A DNA stretch of 64,000 nucleotides, taken from contig JAFGFM010000144.1 in NCBI GenBank assembly GCA_016931115.1, positions 303 to 64,302 of the forward strand, read 5' to 3'. Every line of letters begins with the position of its first letter. Position 1 is the first letter of the stretch. Positions 48,951 through 59,780 of the stretch are shown one piece after another. Under the pieces are notes generated by a model. That model ran no database searches and was not told the origin of the DNA. It worked only from the letters and a program-made list of their open reading frames with translations. Made by a program: the position numbers and the translations under genes. This stretch comes from Deltaproteobacteria bacterium (GTDB lineage: Bacteria; Desulfobacterota; DSM-4660; Desulfatiglandales; HGW-15).

Positions 48951-50948
48951 ATGGCTGAAAACAGGGTGAGCTTGCTTATAGTAGAGGATGACCATGTTGA
49001 CCAGATGGCCTATGAGAGGTTTATTATAAGGGAAGCGCTTCCCTATGATTTTATGTTTGCGAACTCGGTGGACTCTGCAAGAAAGATCCTGGCCTCACAT
49101 TCCTTTGATTTAATACTCTCTGATTATATGCTTGGGGATGGCACCGGTCTTGAGGTCTTTGGCAATATCGGTGATGCGCCTATAATAGTTGTAACAGGCA
49201 CAGGCAACGAAGAGACAGCAGTGATAGCAATGAAGATGGGCGCAAGCGATTACCTGATAAAGGACCCTGATGGCTACTATCTTAAAACCCTGCCCATAAC
49301 TGTTAAGAATGCCCTTGACCGAAAAAAGGCTGAAATAGAGCTTAAGAAATACAAGGAAGAGCTTGAAAAGCTTGTGGATCAGCGTACTCAAAAACTGAGG
49401 GAAAGCGAGGAGCGGTATCGCACACTCATCACCCGAATGACCAACGGCTTTGCACTTCAGGAAATAATCTGCAACGAAACAGGTACCCCCTGTGATTTTA
49501 GATATCTTGAGGTCAATTCTGAATTTGAAAAGCTGACAGGTGTTGCAAAGGAAGAGATTATTGGCAGGAGCGCCCTTGAACTTTTCCCGGAAACAGGCAC
49601 GGAGTTGATTAGAAAATATGGCAGGGTTGCCCTTGCAGGGGTTTCAATGCATTTTGAACACTATGCGGAAAGGTTTGAGAAATATTTTGATATCCTGGCC
49701 TACTGCCCTGAGCCGGGTCAGTTTGCAACCATAATTACTGATGTTACTGCAAGAAAAAAGGCCGAAGAGGAAAAGAGGCTTCTTGAAAAGCAGCTGTTGC
49801 AAACCCAGAAGCTGGAGGCCCTTGGTACACTGGCCGGGGGCATTGCCCATGATTTTAATAACATACTGTCAATCATATTCGGATACATTGAGCTTGCCCA
49901 GCTTGATATAACCGATCCTGCACAGGTCAGCCATGATCTTGCAGAGATGAAGAATGCAGCCTTCAGGGCAAGGGATTTGGTCAATCATATCCTTGCTATG
50001 AGCAGAAGGGCAGAGGAGAAGAAACACCATATCAGGTTAAAGGATGTAATTAACGAGGCAATAAAACTGCTCAAGTCTACAATCCCCTCTACAATAAACA
50101 TCACAGCTCATATTGATTCGGAAAAAATCGTGTTTGCTGATGCATCCCAGATGCACCAGGTGATCATGAACCTATGTACAAACGCATATCATTCTATGAA
50201 AGTTACCGGTGGAGAGCTGACAATACAGTTATCGGATACGGAAGTGAGAAAAGACAGCAATAATCCTTTACCGGACATGCGGCCCGGTGAATATATCCGT
50301 CTTACGGTTAGCGATACCGGGCATGGGATGGATGATGAAACAATGGAAAAGATATTTGACCCCTACTTTACCACCAAAGGGGTGGGAGAGGGCACGGGTC
50401 TTGGCCTTTCAATAGTTCACGGGATAGTTACAAGCCATGATGGATATATCTCTGTAGAGAGCAGAAAGGATGAGGGGGCATCTTTTACTGTCTATATCCC
50501 GGTTGCAGGTGCAATACCTGATGATGCAAAGGCGGAGCCGGAGATTCAGAGATCCGGGAGTGAACACCTGATGGTTATTGATGATGAGACAGGCATCACC
50601 GACGTAACATCAAGAATACTTAAAGGACACGGTTACAGGGTAACAGTCTTTAATGAAGGCAGACTTGCATATGAAGAGTTCCAAAAAAATCATGAATCTT
50701 ATGATATGGTCATTACTGACATGACAATGCCTGAAATGAACGGCCTTGAGATCGCAAAAAAAATGCGGGAAATCGACCCACATAAACATTTCATCATATG
50801 CAGCGGTTTCAGTGACCTGATCAATAAGGAACACCTCTCAGAAGAGGGTATTTACTATATGGCAAAGCCTGTTGTCATGGGTGACCTTATGAAAACGATC
50901 AGGGAAATATTCGATAACAGGGGCACTCAGCCCTCTGCAAAGGATTGA
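48951..50948 (+). CDS. Hybrid histidine kinase REC-PAS-HisKA-HATPase-REC
   Basis: [33 protein letters not shown], two receiver domains. Confidence 0.92.
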   Translation: MAENRVSLLIVEDDHVDQMAYERFIIREALPYDFMFANSVDSARKILASHSFDLILSDYMLGDGTGLEVFGNIGDAPIIVVTGTGNEETAVIAMKMGASDYLIKDPDGYYLKTLPITVKNALDRKKAEIELKKYKEELEKLVDQRTQKLRESEERYRTLITRMTNGFALQEIICNETGTPCDFRYLEVNSEFEKLTGVAKEEIIGRSALELFPETGTELIRKYGRVALAGVSMHFEHYAERFEKYFDILAYCPEPGQFATIITDVTARKKAEEEKRLLEKQLLQTQKLEALGTLAGGIAHDFNNILSIIFGYIELAQLDITDPAQVSHDLAEMKNAAFRARDLVNHILAMSRRAEEKKHHIRLKDVINEAIKLLKSTIPSTINITAHIDSEKIVFADASQMHQVIMNLCTNAYHSMKVTGGELTIQLSDTEVRKDSNNPLPDMRPGEYIRLTVSDTGHGMDDETMEKIFDPYFTTKGVGEGTGLGLSIVHGIVTSHDGYISVESRKDEGASFTVYIPVAGAIPDDAKAEPEIQRSGSEHLMVIDDETGITDVTSRILKGHGYRVTVFNEGRLAYEEFQKNHESYDMVITDMTMPEMNGLEIAKKMREIDPHKHFIICSGFSDLINKEHLSEEGIYYMAKPVVMGDLMKTIREIFDNRGTQPSAKD

Positions 50949-51068
50949 TATATCATAGATCATAGTGCCGATATGCCACTTTTAAGGAAGAAAATTTACC
51001 ACGGAGAGCACGGAGGTCACGGAGTCAAATAACTATATTGTGTCCTATATAGAAGCAGGAAAAATATT

Positions 51069-51151
51069 CTGTCATTCCCGTGAAGACGGGAATCCACTTG
51101 AGAACTCTATATCATTAAATAAATGGATGCCCGCCTTCGCGGGCATGACAG
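51069..51151. repeat. Inverted pair of dRS3-like palindromes (MITE/REPIN-like)
   Basis: CTGTCATTCCCGTGAAGACGGGAATCCA ... TGGATGCCCGCCTTCGCGGGCATGACAG. Confidence 0.8.
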
Positions 51152-51173
51152 GTCTGTGAAATATTTTTTTAGA

Positions 51174-51542
51174 CTATTTCTGATACCATTTACCGGCTTC
51201 ATCCTTGAGCCATTCACCGGGGTCAGCCTTTTCAGCTATCTGTTTGGCCCTTCTCTCTCCTACCAGTTCAATAGTTGTTTCTGATTGTTTTGCAATGGCC
51301 TCATAAACCTTTTTGCGATCATCGTTTTCTGCCGTAACAATATCTTCGCTCTTTTTAGTCGCACCAACAAACTCAAGATAACCGAGGTTATTTTCTCCCA
51401 CAATGCCGGCCTTTTTAAGCTCAACAACAGCAGGCAGACGTTCCTGCATCCTCTCCTTTATACCCTGTGCATAAAGGTTTGATGAACATAGCAACAAGAT
51501 GAAAGTTATTGCCATTATTGTTTGAAATGATATTTTTTTCAT
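51174..51542 (-). CDS. ydbL: YdbL (DUF1318) family protein
   Basis: GIVGENNLGYL, EN.DR...Y..IA, G.W in ydbH-ynbE context. Confidence 0.85.
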   Translation of the reverse strand: MKKISFQTIMAITFILLLCSSNLYAQGIKERMQERLPAVVELKKAGIVGENNLGYLEFVGATKKSEDIVTAENDDRKKVYEAIAKQSETTIELVGERRAKQIAEKADPGEWLKDEAGKWYQK

Positions 51543-51571
51543 TTTTATCTCCTTATCATATTAGATCACTG

Positions 51572-51787
51572 TTATTTTTTGTCTGATCCCTGAAGCTTAC
51601 TTTCAGCCTTGTCTATGTCACTGAAAAAGTCATCAAGGGCTCGGTCAATCTTTACATTCACATCAATTGTAATATGTATGGGTTTGACCTCAACCGGCGC
51701 CACCTCGATCGCATGCCTTGTTGAGCAGGCCCCTGCTAAAAAAAGCAACCCTGTTAATACCGCTAATATCATTAATACCTTTCGCAT
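51572..51787 (-). CDS. ynbE: YnbE-like lipoprotein
   Basis: Lipobox AGAC, KPIHITIDVNVKID..LD.FF. Confidence 0.8.
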   Translation of the reverse strand: MRKVLMILAVLTGLLFLAGACSTRHAIEVAPVEVKPIHITIDVNVKIDRALDDFFSDIDKAESKLQGSDKK

Positions 51788-51868
51788 ATCATACTCCTTT
51801 TCGATTATTAATAAGAGTTCCCTGGTTTTAACCCTTTACCATGCGCCCTGAGCCCTGCGCATTGTTCC

Positions 51869-54574
51869 CTACTTTATCATATCCAATGCCCCTTTGTAAT
51901 TCAACAACTCATCAAGGGGCAGTTTAAAATTAACATCAAGGCTTATCCCCTGAAAGTTGGAGCCTTCTGATGAGGTTTCTACACGCATAAACCTGCTTAA
52001 GTCTTTATCATACCTGAAAGGCAGTTTATTTTCAGGCTTTCCATCAAATTGAAGTTTAACAGCCAGTTCACCATCATTGCTGTCAAGAGAAAGCTTTACC
52101 CACGAGTAATCAAATGCCTTTAATGCCTCGCTTGCTATATCCATCTGTATATATTCAGGTGTGCCGGGGGCCATGCCCTCCTTGAAGATATCTGTGCCCT
52201 GTATGTTAATCTTTCCGCCGCCTCCCGGTGTGGAGTATAAAAAACCATCTTGAAAGCTGATCTTGCCCTTTGATATGGTTATGGGTATCCTGCCATTAAC
52301 CGTCCCCCCTCCAGATACACCAAAGACCCCGAACTGTTCCAGTAAATCGGAAAGTTTAAGCCTGTCGCAGAATAGGATGATCAGGTATTCATCCTTTTTT
52401 GTATCCACCATGAAAGACTGCAAGTTGATATTGCCTCCGCTCCATTTGAATCTCCCCTGTTCAATAAATATGGAAGAGAGGCTGTCTACCCTGAAATCAA
52501 TCGCGACATCATTAACAGATATATCCCCAAAAGAGGCCTTGCCTATCTTTATCTTCTGCCCAAAGGGGCTTCTGGGTGAAATAATGTCATCCAGTTTTAA
52601 GCTTAACAGGATATCTTGAAGGGTGAGTTTCGTTTCTTTGTTGCTTAACTTACCATTTTCTATATTGATATCAAACCCTGACTTGATCAATGAACCTGCG
52701 AGATTAATCTCTCCATCTGTTTTTAGCAGGCCATTAAACTTGTATCCCTTTAATTCAGGGGCAAATTTACCAAGGTCAATTTCAGCCGCAGGCCTATATG
52801 CCGGGATATCCGCTTTTATATTTGTTTCGCCGCTCTTTGATGTTAGGGATGTGGAGCCCTTGAGGTTTATTATCATATCAGCCAGGGCCGGGTATTTTAC
52901 AGTACCTGCAAATGATATATCACCATTTTTCTGTGCTATTTTGAGGCTCACAGGGCCAAGGGCATAATCTCCATAGGTGAAATTTCCAATGGATAGTTTA
53001 CCCCTGTCGTAGCTTTTATCTAAAGGCCATGAAAAGGGAAAATCCCCTGCAATTTCTTTTATAATTATTGCCCCATCCTTCATTGACACAACACCCTTTT
53101 TAAAATTTGCACCTGTATCTATGTTAATGCCCTTATCCGGGTCAAATATTATCTCCCCTTTCACAAGGTGTTCAGGGATATTTGCCTTTATATCCGGGCT
53201 GTTAAAGATGATTTCCCTGCTGTTTAGTGTGAATGAAGAGATGTATTGATTCATATTATTTTCATCCTGCCTGATATTGCCTTTTACAGACACCGCAGGC
53301 AAAGAAAGACTCATATCCCCGCTCTTAGCACCTGCCATTTTCAATCTAAAGAGATAATCACCGGAGATGATACCCTTATCAAATAGAACAGAGGCCTCAA
53401 TTTCTGGTAAAACAGCAATAATATCGGTGTTATTAATAGAAACCCTGAAGGGCTGGCCCATATTTTCTTCATCCTCTTTTGCGCCTATCTGTACACGGGT
53501 TGTGTCAGTGCGCCTCTCTATTGCCACATCCCATGCAAGGGCCGGCATGTTATCGCCAGCAAGCAATTGGGTTAATGCCTTTATATCGCCCTTAAGGCCC
53601 TCTTTACCAATATCCAGACTCCCTGCAAGTTGAGATAATATATGAAGCCCGCTATTATTTAAAATAACAGGGGAGATTTCAAAATTGAAGCGTTGTGCAT
53701 CCTTTGAGTTTACGCTGATGTTGATGGGCTTGTAATCCATCAGCGGGGCAGAAGGATTTGTAAGGATAACCCCGGAGTATGCAATTCTGGTTTTATCCAG
53801 TTTGAAGGAGGCAGAAATATCCTTTATGGAAAATGGTTCAATGGAAATGATTGCAGCAAGATCAAAGCTTGATTTGCCCTTAAGGCTGACCGGTGTCATA
53901 TCCCTCAATATCTTTTCAAAAAACACAAGGGCCATTTCATCTGATTTTACTGCAAGTTTGATATTGTTGTCTTCCCATGTACCTGAAACATTAACCCTGT
54001 TACCCTCAGGGTAAATCATAACCGTAAAGATGTGGGGTATAAATTTGTTATCAAAGGAGGTCGCGGATATTTCTAATGGTATCCTGAAATTACTGCTCTC
54101 GTATCCAAAGTCCAAGGTCGAATTAACTATTTTGATTTCATCGATTGTTACAGGAGGGGCCGTGTTACTATCCTCTTTACTGTTATCCTTTTTGTTAAGG
54201 ATTTCATCCAGCCCTGTTATGGAGAGTTTGTCATTTTCATATTTTGCATTTATAGAAATACCACTAAGCACAACCCTGTTTATATGTTTTTTAAAAAGTC
54301 CTGAAGGGGTGTAATCAAGCCGGATGGAGTCAATAAGAATGCCCCCATCATCCGGCCCTATTTTTATATCACTTATTTCTGTGCCCAGAGGCCCTATTGC
54401 CCGGACATTAAGAAGGGTAACTTCTACCCCGCTTTTTTTCAGGAGTGGAAGTAAAATATCTTTTTCTACATAACCGGGGACAAAGAGGTAAAAACATGAA
54501 ATCACCCCAAGTCCGATAAAAAGGATGACTAAAAAAATAATTATTGAAACCTTTATTGCGCGTTTTCGGATCAT
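51869..54574 (-). CDS. ydbH: YdbH-family intermembrane lipid transport protein (AsmA-like)
   Basis: N-terminal TM, long beta-rich body, G.V.GRIP, ALK.F.Y C-terminal motif; operon context. Confidence 0.8.
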   Translation of the reverse strand: MIRKRAIKVSIIIFLVILFIGLGVISCFYLFVPGYVEKDILLPLLKKSGVEVTLLNVRAIGPLGTEISDIKIGPDDGGILIDSIRLDYTPSGLFKKHINRVVLSGISINAKYENDKLSITGLDEILNKKDNSKEDSNTAPPVTIDEIKIVNSTLDFGYESSNFRIPLEISATSFDNKFIPHIFTVMIYPEGNRVNVSGTWEDNNIKLAVKSDEMALVFFEKILRDMTPVSLKGKSSFDLAAIISIEPFSIKDISASFKLDKTRIAYSGVILTNPSAPLMDYKPINISVNSKDAQRFNFEISPVILNNSGLHILSQLAGSLDIGKEGLKGDIKALTQLLAGDNMPALAWDVAIERRTDTTRVQIGAKEDEENMGQPFRVSINNTDIIAVLPEIEASVLFDKGIISGDYLFRLKMAGAKSGDMSLSLPAVSVKGNIRQDENNMNQYISSFTLNSREIIFNSPDIKANIPEHLVKGEIIFDPDKGINIDTGANFKKGVVSMKDGAIIIKEIAGDFPFSWPLDKSYDRGKLSIGNFTYGDYALGPVSLKIAQKNGDISFAGTVKYPALADMIINLKGSTSLTSKSGETNIKADIPAYRPAAEIDLGKFAPELKGYKFNGLLKTDGEINLAGSLIKSGFDINIENGKLSNKETKLTLQDILLSLKLDDIISPRSPFGQKIKIGKASFGDISVNDVAIDFRVDSLSSIFIEQGRFKWSGGNINLQSFMVDTKKDEYLIILFCDRLKLSDLLEQFGVFGVSGGGTVNGRIPITISKGKISFQDGFLYSTPGGGGKINIQGTDIFKEGMAPGTPEYIQMDIASEALKAFDYSWVKLSLDSNDGELAVKLQFDGKPENKLPFRYDKDLSRFMRVETSSEGSNFQGISLDVNFKLPLDELLNYKGALDMIK

Positions 54575-54589
54575 ATCCCCACTAACATG

Positions 54590-57500
54590 TTAATGGTATG
54601 TGCATGGAATCCTCTGCCCTGTCCTCTCTTCTATCTCGCACATCAACTCGTCACAGGGGAGCACCCTGTAATGGTTGTTGGCGCATACGCAGAATTTCTG
54701 GCCATTATCACCTTCAAGCATAAATTCAACGCTGCTCTCTCCCGGATATTTGAAGAATATATCCCTGAGCTCCTCAAGGTACTGCTTTGATATCTTTTTC
54801 TCATCCAGATTAAATTTTACAACCTTAATGGCCTGCTGCCTGATAGATTCAAGTGAGGCAACCTCTTTTGCTATAATTTTGGCCATATTTTCATTAATCT
54901 CTACAGTGCCTGTTATCAGCACCGGGTCATCACCCTTTAACAGGTGAGATGAGCTGTTAAATGCATCAGGGAAAAAGACCGCCTCAACAGAATCGGTCTG
55001 GTCTTCAAGGGATATAACAGCCATTCGGTCGCCCTTTTTTGTCCTCTTCAGCTTTATATCCGCTATCACACCTGCCACCTTGACCTGTGAACGGTCCTCT
55101 GACTTTAAAAGCCCTGCAATAGTTGAAGAGGCATACCTTTCTGCTATCTTCTGATATTCATTTAGCGGGTGGCCGGTAATATAAAAACCAAGAGACTCCT
55201 TTTCTCTCTTGAGCTTTTCTTTATCATTCCACTCATTAAGTTCAGGGAAGTCAAAAAGGGCCGCCATACCTTTGTTATCACCCTTCATGGCGCCAAAGAT
55301 AGTAAGCTGGTTGGGGTTATGGTTTGCCCCTGACATCCTTATTACATCATCTACCGATGCAAAAAGCCTTGAGCGGTAAACCCCGATAAAATCCATTGCC
55401 CCGCACTGTATAAGCCCCTCAAGCACCCTTTTATTTACCTTTGAGCCATCCACCCTTTTACTGAAGTCAAATATATCCGTGAACCTGCCCTCTTTGTTGC
55501 GCGCCTCTATAATGGACTCAACCGCCTTCATGCCTACATTCTTTACAGCGGCAAGCCCGAACCTGATGGCGTCATTAACAACAGTAAAATCGGCCCGGCT
55601 TTCATTTACATCGGGAGGTAATATCCTGATACCCATTTCACGGCACTCGGCAATGTTCTTAATGGTCTTGTCCGGGCTGCCCATGTCGTTTGTTAACAGT
55701 GCTGCCATAAACTGGACAGGATAATGGGCCTTTAAATATGCGGTCTGGTAGCCTATAAGGGCATAGCATGCAGCATGAGAACGGTTGAAGCCATAGCCAG
55801 CGAATGGCTCTATAAATGCAAATATCTTTTCAGACAGGGCTACATCTATACCATTTTTGACACACCCTTTTACAAATTTCTCCTTTTGTTCAGCAAGGAG
55901 GTCCGCCTTCTTTTTTCCCATGGCCTTTCTGAGAACATCTGCCTCTCCCATGGAGAACCCTGCAAGGTCGCGAGCAATCTGCATTACCTGCTCCTGGTAT
56001 ACTGCAACACCATGGGTCTTACCAAGTATAGGCACAAGCTTTGGATGCAGGTAGTTTGGTTTCCTCCTCCCGTGCTTTCCATCTATATAGTCTGGTATCC
56101 AGTCCATTGGCCCGGGTCTGTAAAGGGCAACAAGGGCCACCAGATCTTCAAAGTCCTCAGGCCTTAATCGGCGCAAAAGGTCTTTCATGCCGTCACTTTC
56201 AAGCTGGAACACCCCTGTGGTCTTGCCCTCCTGGCAGAGCCTGAAGGTCTTTTCATCCGTAAGGGAGAGGTCGTCTATGTCAAGCTCCACGCCTGTGGAT
56301 TCCTTTATGATCGTAACTGCATGCTTTATAACTGTGAGGGTCTTAAGTCCAAGGAAGTCAAACTTGATAAGGCCAACCTTTTCGAGCTGATCCATTGTGA
56401 ATTGGGTCATGATTTCATTATTCTGACCCTTAATTACCGGGAGGTACTCCACAAGGGGCTTATCAGAAATAACTATCCCTGATGCATGGGTGGACGAATG
56501 CCTTGCAATCCCCTCAAGGACACGGGCGATCCTTAAGAGCTTGCGCTCTGTCTCCTGCCCGTTTTCAAGCCTTTTAAGGTCAGGCTCCTCTTCCATTGCC
56601 GATGCCAGTGTAACCTTTGGCCCTTCTGGAACCATCTTTGCAATCTTGTCCACGTCATTATAGGGTATATTGAGCACGCGGCCCACATCCCTTATAACAC
56701 CACGTGCCTTCATGGTGCCAAAGGTAACAATGTACCCTACATTCTCATAACCGTATTTCTGAGTTACATACCTGATAACATCATCCCTTCCGTTCATGCA
56801 GAAGTCTATATCAATATCAGGCATGCTTATTCTTTCGGGGTTAAGGAACCTTTCAAAGAGGAGGTCATACTTTATGGGGTCAAGGTTGGTAATGCCCAAA
56901 CAGTAGACAGCAAGCGAGCCGGCAGCAGAACCGCGTCCGGGGCCTACCGGGATACCGGACTTGCGGGCATACTCTATAAAATCACCCACAATAAGAAAGT
57001 AACCTGAAAAGCCCATCTTTGTGATAACATCAAGTTCATACTCAAGCCTATCCCTGTATTCTTTTATAAGCTCGTTAGATAGCGGCCCATCCTCCTTTTC
57101 CCGCTGGCCAAGCCTCTTTTCAAGCCCCTTTCTGGCCTCTTCTTTAATCAGGTCATTAAGGCTTTTATCTCCTTCTATATGGTAAACAGGGTATTTGTAT
57201 TCCCCGAATTTCATCTGATAGGTACAGCGCTCTGCAATCTTAACTGTGTTATCAAGAGCCTCTGTGTAGCCCTCTCCCAGGGTCTTTTCTATCTCCTCCC
57301 TTGACTTGAAATAGAATTCATTCGTTGAAAACCTCATCCTGTCAACATCATCAACGAGCTTACCGGTCTGTATACAGAGAAGGGCATCATGCGCCTCTGC
57401 ATGTTCGCGGTTCAGGTAGTGACAGTCATTGGTGGCAACAAGGGGTATGGTCAGCTTTTTTGATAATTCTCTTAATCTTTTATTAATATCATCCTGTTCA

Positions 57501-58057
57501 GGCATGCCATTTGCCTGCACCTCAAGATAAAGCCTGCCATCATCAAATATGGATTCAAGTTCCTGGGCCTTCTGTGCTGCTATTTCCATGCGCCCTTTCA
57601 TAATATAGTAGGGCACAATACCCTTCATGCAGGCAGACATGGCTATAAGCCCTTCATTATACTGCCTTAATATCTCCATATCGACCCTGGGCTTGTAGTA
57701 AAACCCCTCAAGATGCCCCATGGTAACAAGCCTGCTGAGGTTCTTGTAACCTGTTTCATTCATTACCAGAAGCACAAGGTGATAGTTGTTTGGCTGGCCA
57801 TCCTTTGCTGGTGCATGGTCCCGCCTGTCACCGGGCGCAACATATACCTCGCAGCCGATAATGGGTTTAACATTAGTCCCTTTACACTGGGTAAAGAGCT
57901 GTACAGCCCCGAACATATTGCCGTGATCTGTTACAGCTACATAAGGCATATTAAAGCCTTCGGCCTTTTTTATAAGGTCTTTAATGGTGATCGCCCCGTC
58001 AAGGAGGCTGAACTCGGTATGCACGTGCAGATTTACAAATGATGAACTGTCAGACAA
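54590..58057 (-). CDS. dnaE: DNA polymerase III alpha subunit
   Basis: HVHTEFSLLDG PHP, GRGSAAGS, PDIDIDF, KFDFLGL, OB-fold; TTG start. Confidence 0.97.
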   Translation of the reverse strand: MSDSSSFVNLHVHTEFSLLDGAITIKDLIKKAEGFNMPYVAVTDHGNMFGAVQLFTQCKGTNVKPIIGCEVYVAPGDRRDHAPAKDGQPNNYHLVLLVMNETGYKNLSRLVTMGHLEGFYYKPRVDMEILRQYNEGLIAMSACMKGIVPYYIMKGRMEIAAQKAQELESIFDDGRLYLEVQANGMPEQDDINKRLRELSKKLTIPLVATNDCHYLNREHAEAHDALLCIQTGKLVDDVDRMRFSTNEFYFKSREEIEKTLGEGYTEALDNTVKIAERCTYQMKFGEYKYPVYHIEGDKSLNDLIKEEARKGLEKRLGQREKEDGPLSNELIKEYRDRLEYELDVITKMGFSGYFLIVGDFIEYARKSGIPVGPGRGSAAGSLAVYCLGITNLDPIKYDLLFERFLNPERISMPDIDIDFCMNGRDDVIRYVTQKYGYENVGYIVTFGTMKARGVIRDVGRVLNIPYNDVDKIAKMVPEGPKVTLASAMEEEPDLKRLENGQETERKLLRIARVLEGIARHSSTHASGIVISDKPLVEYLPVIKGQNNEIMTQFTMDQLEKVGLIKFDFLGLKTLTVIKHAVTIIKESTGVELDIDDLSLTDEKTFRLCQEGKTTGVFQLESDGMKDLLRRLRPEDFEDLVALVALYRPGPMDWIPDYIDGKHGRRKPNYLHPKLVPILGKTHGVAVYQEQVMQIARDLAGFSMGEADVLRKAMGKKKADLLAEQKEKFVKGCVKNGIDVALSEKIFAFIEPFAGYGFNRSHAACYALIGYQTAYLKAHYPVQFMAALLTNDMGSPDKTIKNIAECREMGIRILPPDVNESRADFTVVNDAIRFGLAAVKNVGMKAVESIIEARNKEGRFTDIFDFSKRVDGSKVNKRVLEGLIQCGAMDFIGVYRSRLFASVDDVIRMSGANHNPNQLTIFGAMKGDNKGMAALFDFPELNEWNDKEKLKREKESLGFYITGHPLNEYQKIAERYASSTIAGLLKSEDRSQVKVAGVIADIKLKRTKKGDRMAVISLEDQTDSVEAVFFPDAFNSSSHLLKGDDPVLITGTVEINENMAKIIAKEVASLESIRQQAIKVVKFNLDEKKISKQYLEELRDIFFKYPGESSVEFMLEGDNGQKFCVCANNHYRVLPCDELMCEIEERTGQRIPCTYH

Positions 58058-58220
58058 TTTTATTCCCCGGTATATTTTAAAACATTACATATTGTAGGTA
58101 ATGAGGCGAGTATGATACGGTAAAAGGGAATCATCATCAAGAGCAATTTAGGAATTTACACCGGTTTATTAATATACACTGATATGTTGGAAAATTATCT
58201 TTGGCAGGAACCATTTTCAA

Positions 58221-59780
58221 ATGAATAAGCTTGAAGAAATAGAAAAGAAGAATCAAGGGCTTAAGGAAAAAAATCAGAGGCTTATGGAGGCTGCTTCGGA
58301 TTTGAAAAAAGAAAATGCCCGTATTGCAAAGGAGTTCCATGAAAAAAGCCTCCTTTTTAATGATGCGCCGGCAGGTATATGCCTTTTATGGCGGGGAAGG
58401 ATAATCGAGGTAAATGATACCTTTCTTGATTACATGGGTTACAGGGCTGATGAGATGATAAACAGGAATTTCCTGAATTTTGTCAGGTATGATCATCTCT
58501 CTGAAGTAAGGTTTATGCATAACAGGTGGAACGCGGGTAAGATAAGCAGGGGCCATTATGATACATGGCTTGTACGTGAAAATGGTGAATCGATCTTCTG
58601 CAGTATTGAATCAAAAAGGATAAGGTTCAGGGGAAAGGCATCATACCTCCTGAATATTACAAGGCTTGAAGAGAGGGCAGAAGGGCAGGAGAAGCTGCAC
58701 CTTAAGATAAGAAAAGAGGCAGAGATTAAGATGACAGGGGTGCTTCACAGCCTGCTGATCAAGAGGTCGGATGCCGTACTTGAGATGCTCAGGTTTATCA
58801 GGGGTTCAAAGGATATAAACAGGAGCGATTTTAAAGAGATAGCCTCAAGGCTAAGGCAGGAACAGGAGATTATCCGTAAAGAGACCTGGATGCTGGATGT
58901 GATAGCAAAGGAAAAAGAGGAGGTGCAGGAAAAAAAGTTTATAGAAATCAACCGGATAATAAAAGAGGCATTAACAAGAAGAGAAGGGCTGTTAAAAAAG
59001 GGTTCAGTCACTATTAAGAGCTACTTAAGGGCAACATCATCTGTAAACGGGAATCCCGGTGAACTGGTAGAGGCAATCTGTGAGCTTATTTCCTATTTAC
59101 ACGCAAAGGTCTCTAACCAGGGGGAGATCCACATAACAACAGAAGAGGATCAGGAGAGGATTATTATCTATTTCCAGGATAATGCACCTTTTTCCGGGGA
59201 TGAAACAGCGCATGTTTCAGGCCCTTTTACCCCGCAAAAAACCATTCTTACCGATGAACTGGGTATGAGTTTTGTAAAGGCGGTTATACTGAGGCATAAT
59301 GGGGAAATCGAGTATATGCCGGGAAGAGGAGAGGGGAATTTTTACCAGATAACCCTGCCTGCCTTTAAAGAGGATAAAAAGAGAAGAAAGATAGACCTTA
59401 ACAGGATAAAACATGCAAGGATACTTATCATAAAAAACTCCGATATAGCAAAGGAGCTGCTTATCCATATGCTTATCGAAAAGGGGTGCACTGTTGAAAC
59501 AGTAGAAGGCAGTATGGAAGGGGTCCTGGCAATAAAAAAGAGAAGAATAAATATGGTTGTTGCAGATATGGATGGCCCCGGCATGAACAATAGCTCCTTC
59601 TGGAAAAAATGCAGGGAGATCAACCCTAAACTCATTACTGTGGGATTAATGGAGATGAAAAATGCAGCGGGACACAGTCATATGATAGAGCGTAACCCTG
59701 ATCTAATAATCCCTAAACCATATAATATAAAAGAGGCGGTAAGGAATATCCTTGAACTTTTTATGGTGATGTACGAATGA
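58221..59780 (+). CDS. PAS / degenerate histidine kinase / REC protein
   Basis: Coiled coil, PAS, eroded HATPase (QDNAP, ELGMSFVK..HNGEI), C-terminal receiver. Confidence 0.7.
   Translation: MNKLEEIEKKNQGLKEKNQRLMEAASDLKKENARIAKEFHEKSLLFNDAPAGICLLWRGRIIEVNDTFLDYMGYRADEMINRNFLNFVRYDHLSEVRFMHNRWNAGKISRGHYDTWLVRENGESIFCSIESKRIRFRGKASYLLNITRLEERAEGQEKLHLKIRKEAEIKMTGVLHSLLIKRSDAVLEMLRFIRGSKDINRSDFKEIASRLRQEQEIIRKETWMLDVIAKEKEEVQEKKFIEINRIIKEALTRREGLLKKGSVTIKSYLRATSSVNGNPGELVEAICELISYLHAKVSNQGEIHITTEEDQERIIIYFQDNAPFSGDETAHVSGPFTPQKTILTDELGMSFVKAVILRHNGEIEYMPGRGEGNFYQITLPAFKEDKKRRKIDLNRIKHARILIIKNSDIAKELLIHMLIEKGCTVETVEGSMEGVLAIKKRRINMVVADMDGPGMNNSSFWKKCREINPKLITVGLMEMKNAAGHSHMIERNPDLIIPKPYNIKEAVRNILELFMVMYE

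Noticed and set aside
50999-51024. CACGGAG x3 short repeat
   Set aside because: Too short and isolated to assign; probably a remnant of another intergenic repeat family.
54590-58057. Intein or split in dnaE
   Set aside because: Normal length, continuous motifs, no intein splice signatures.
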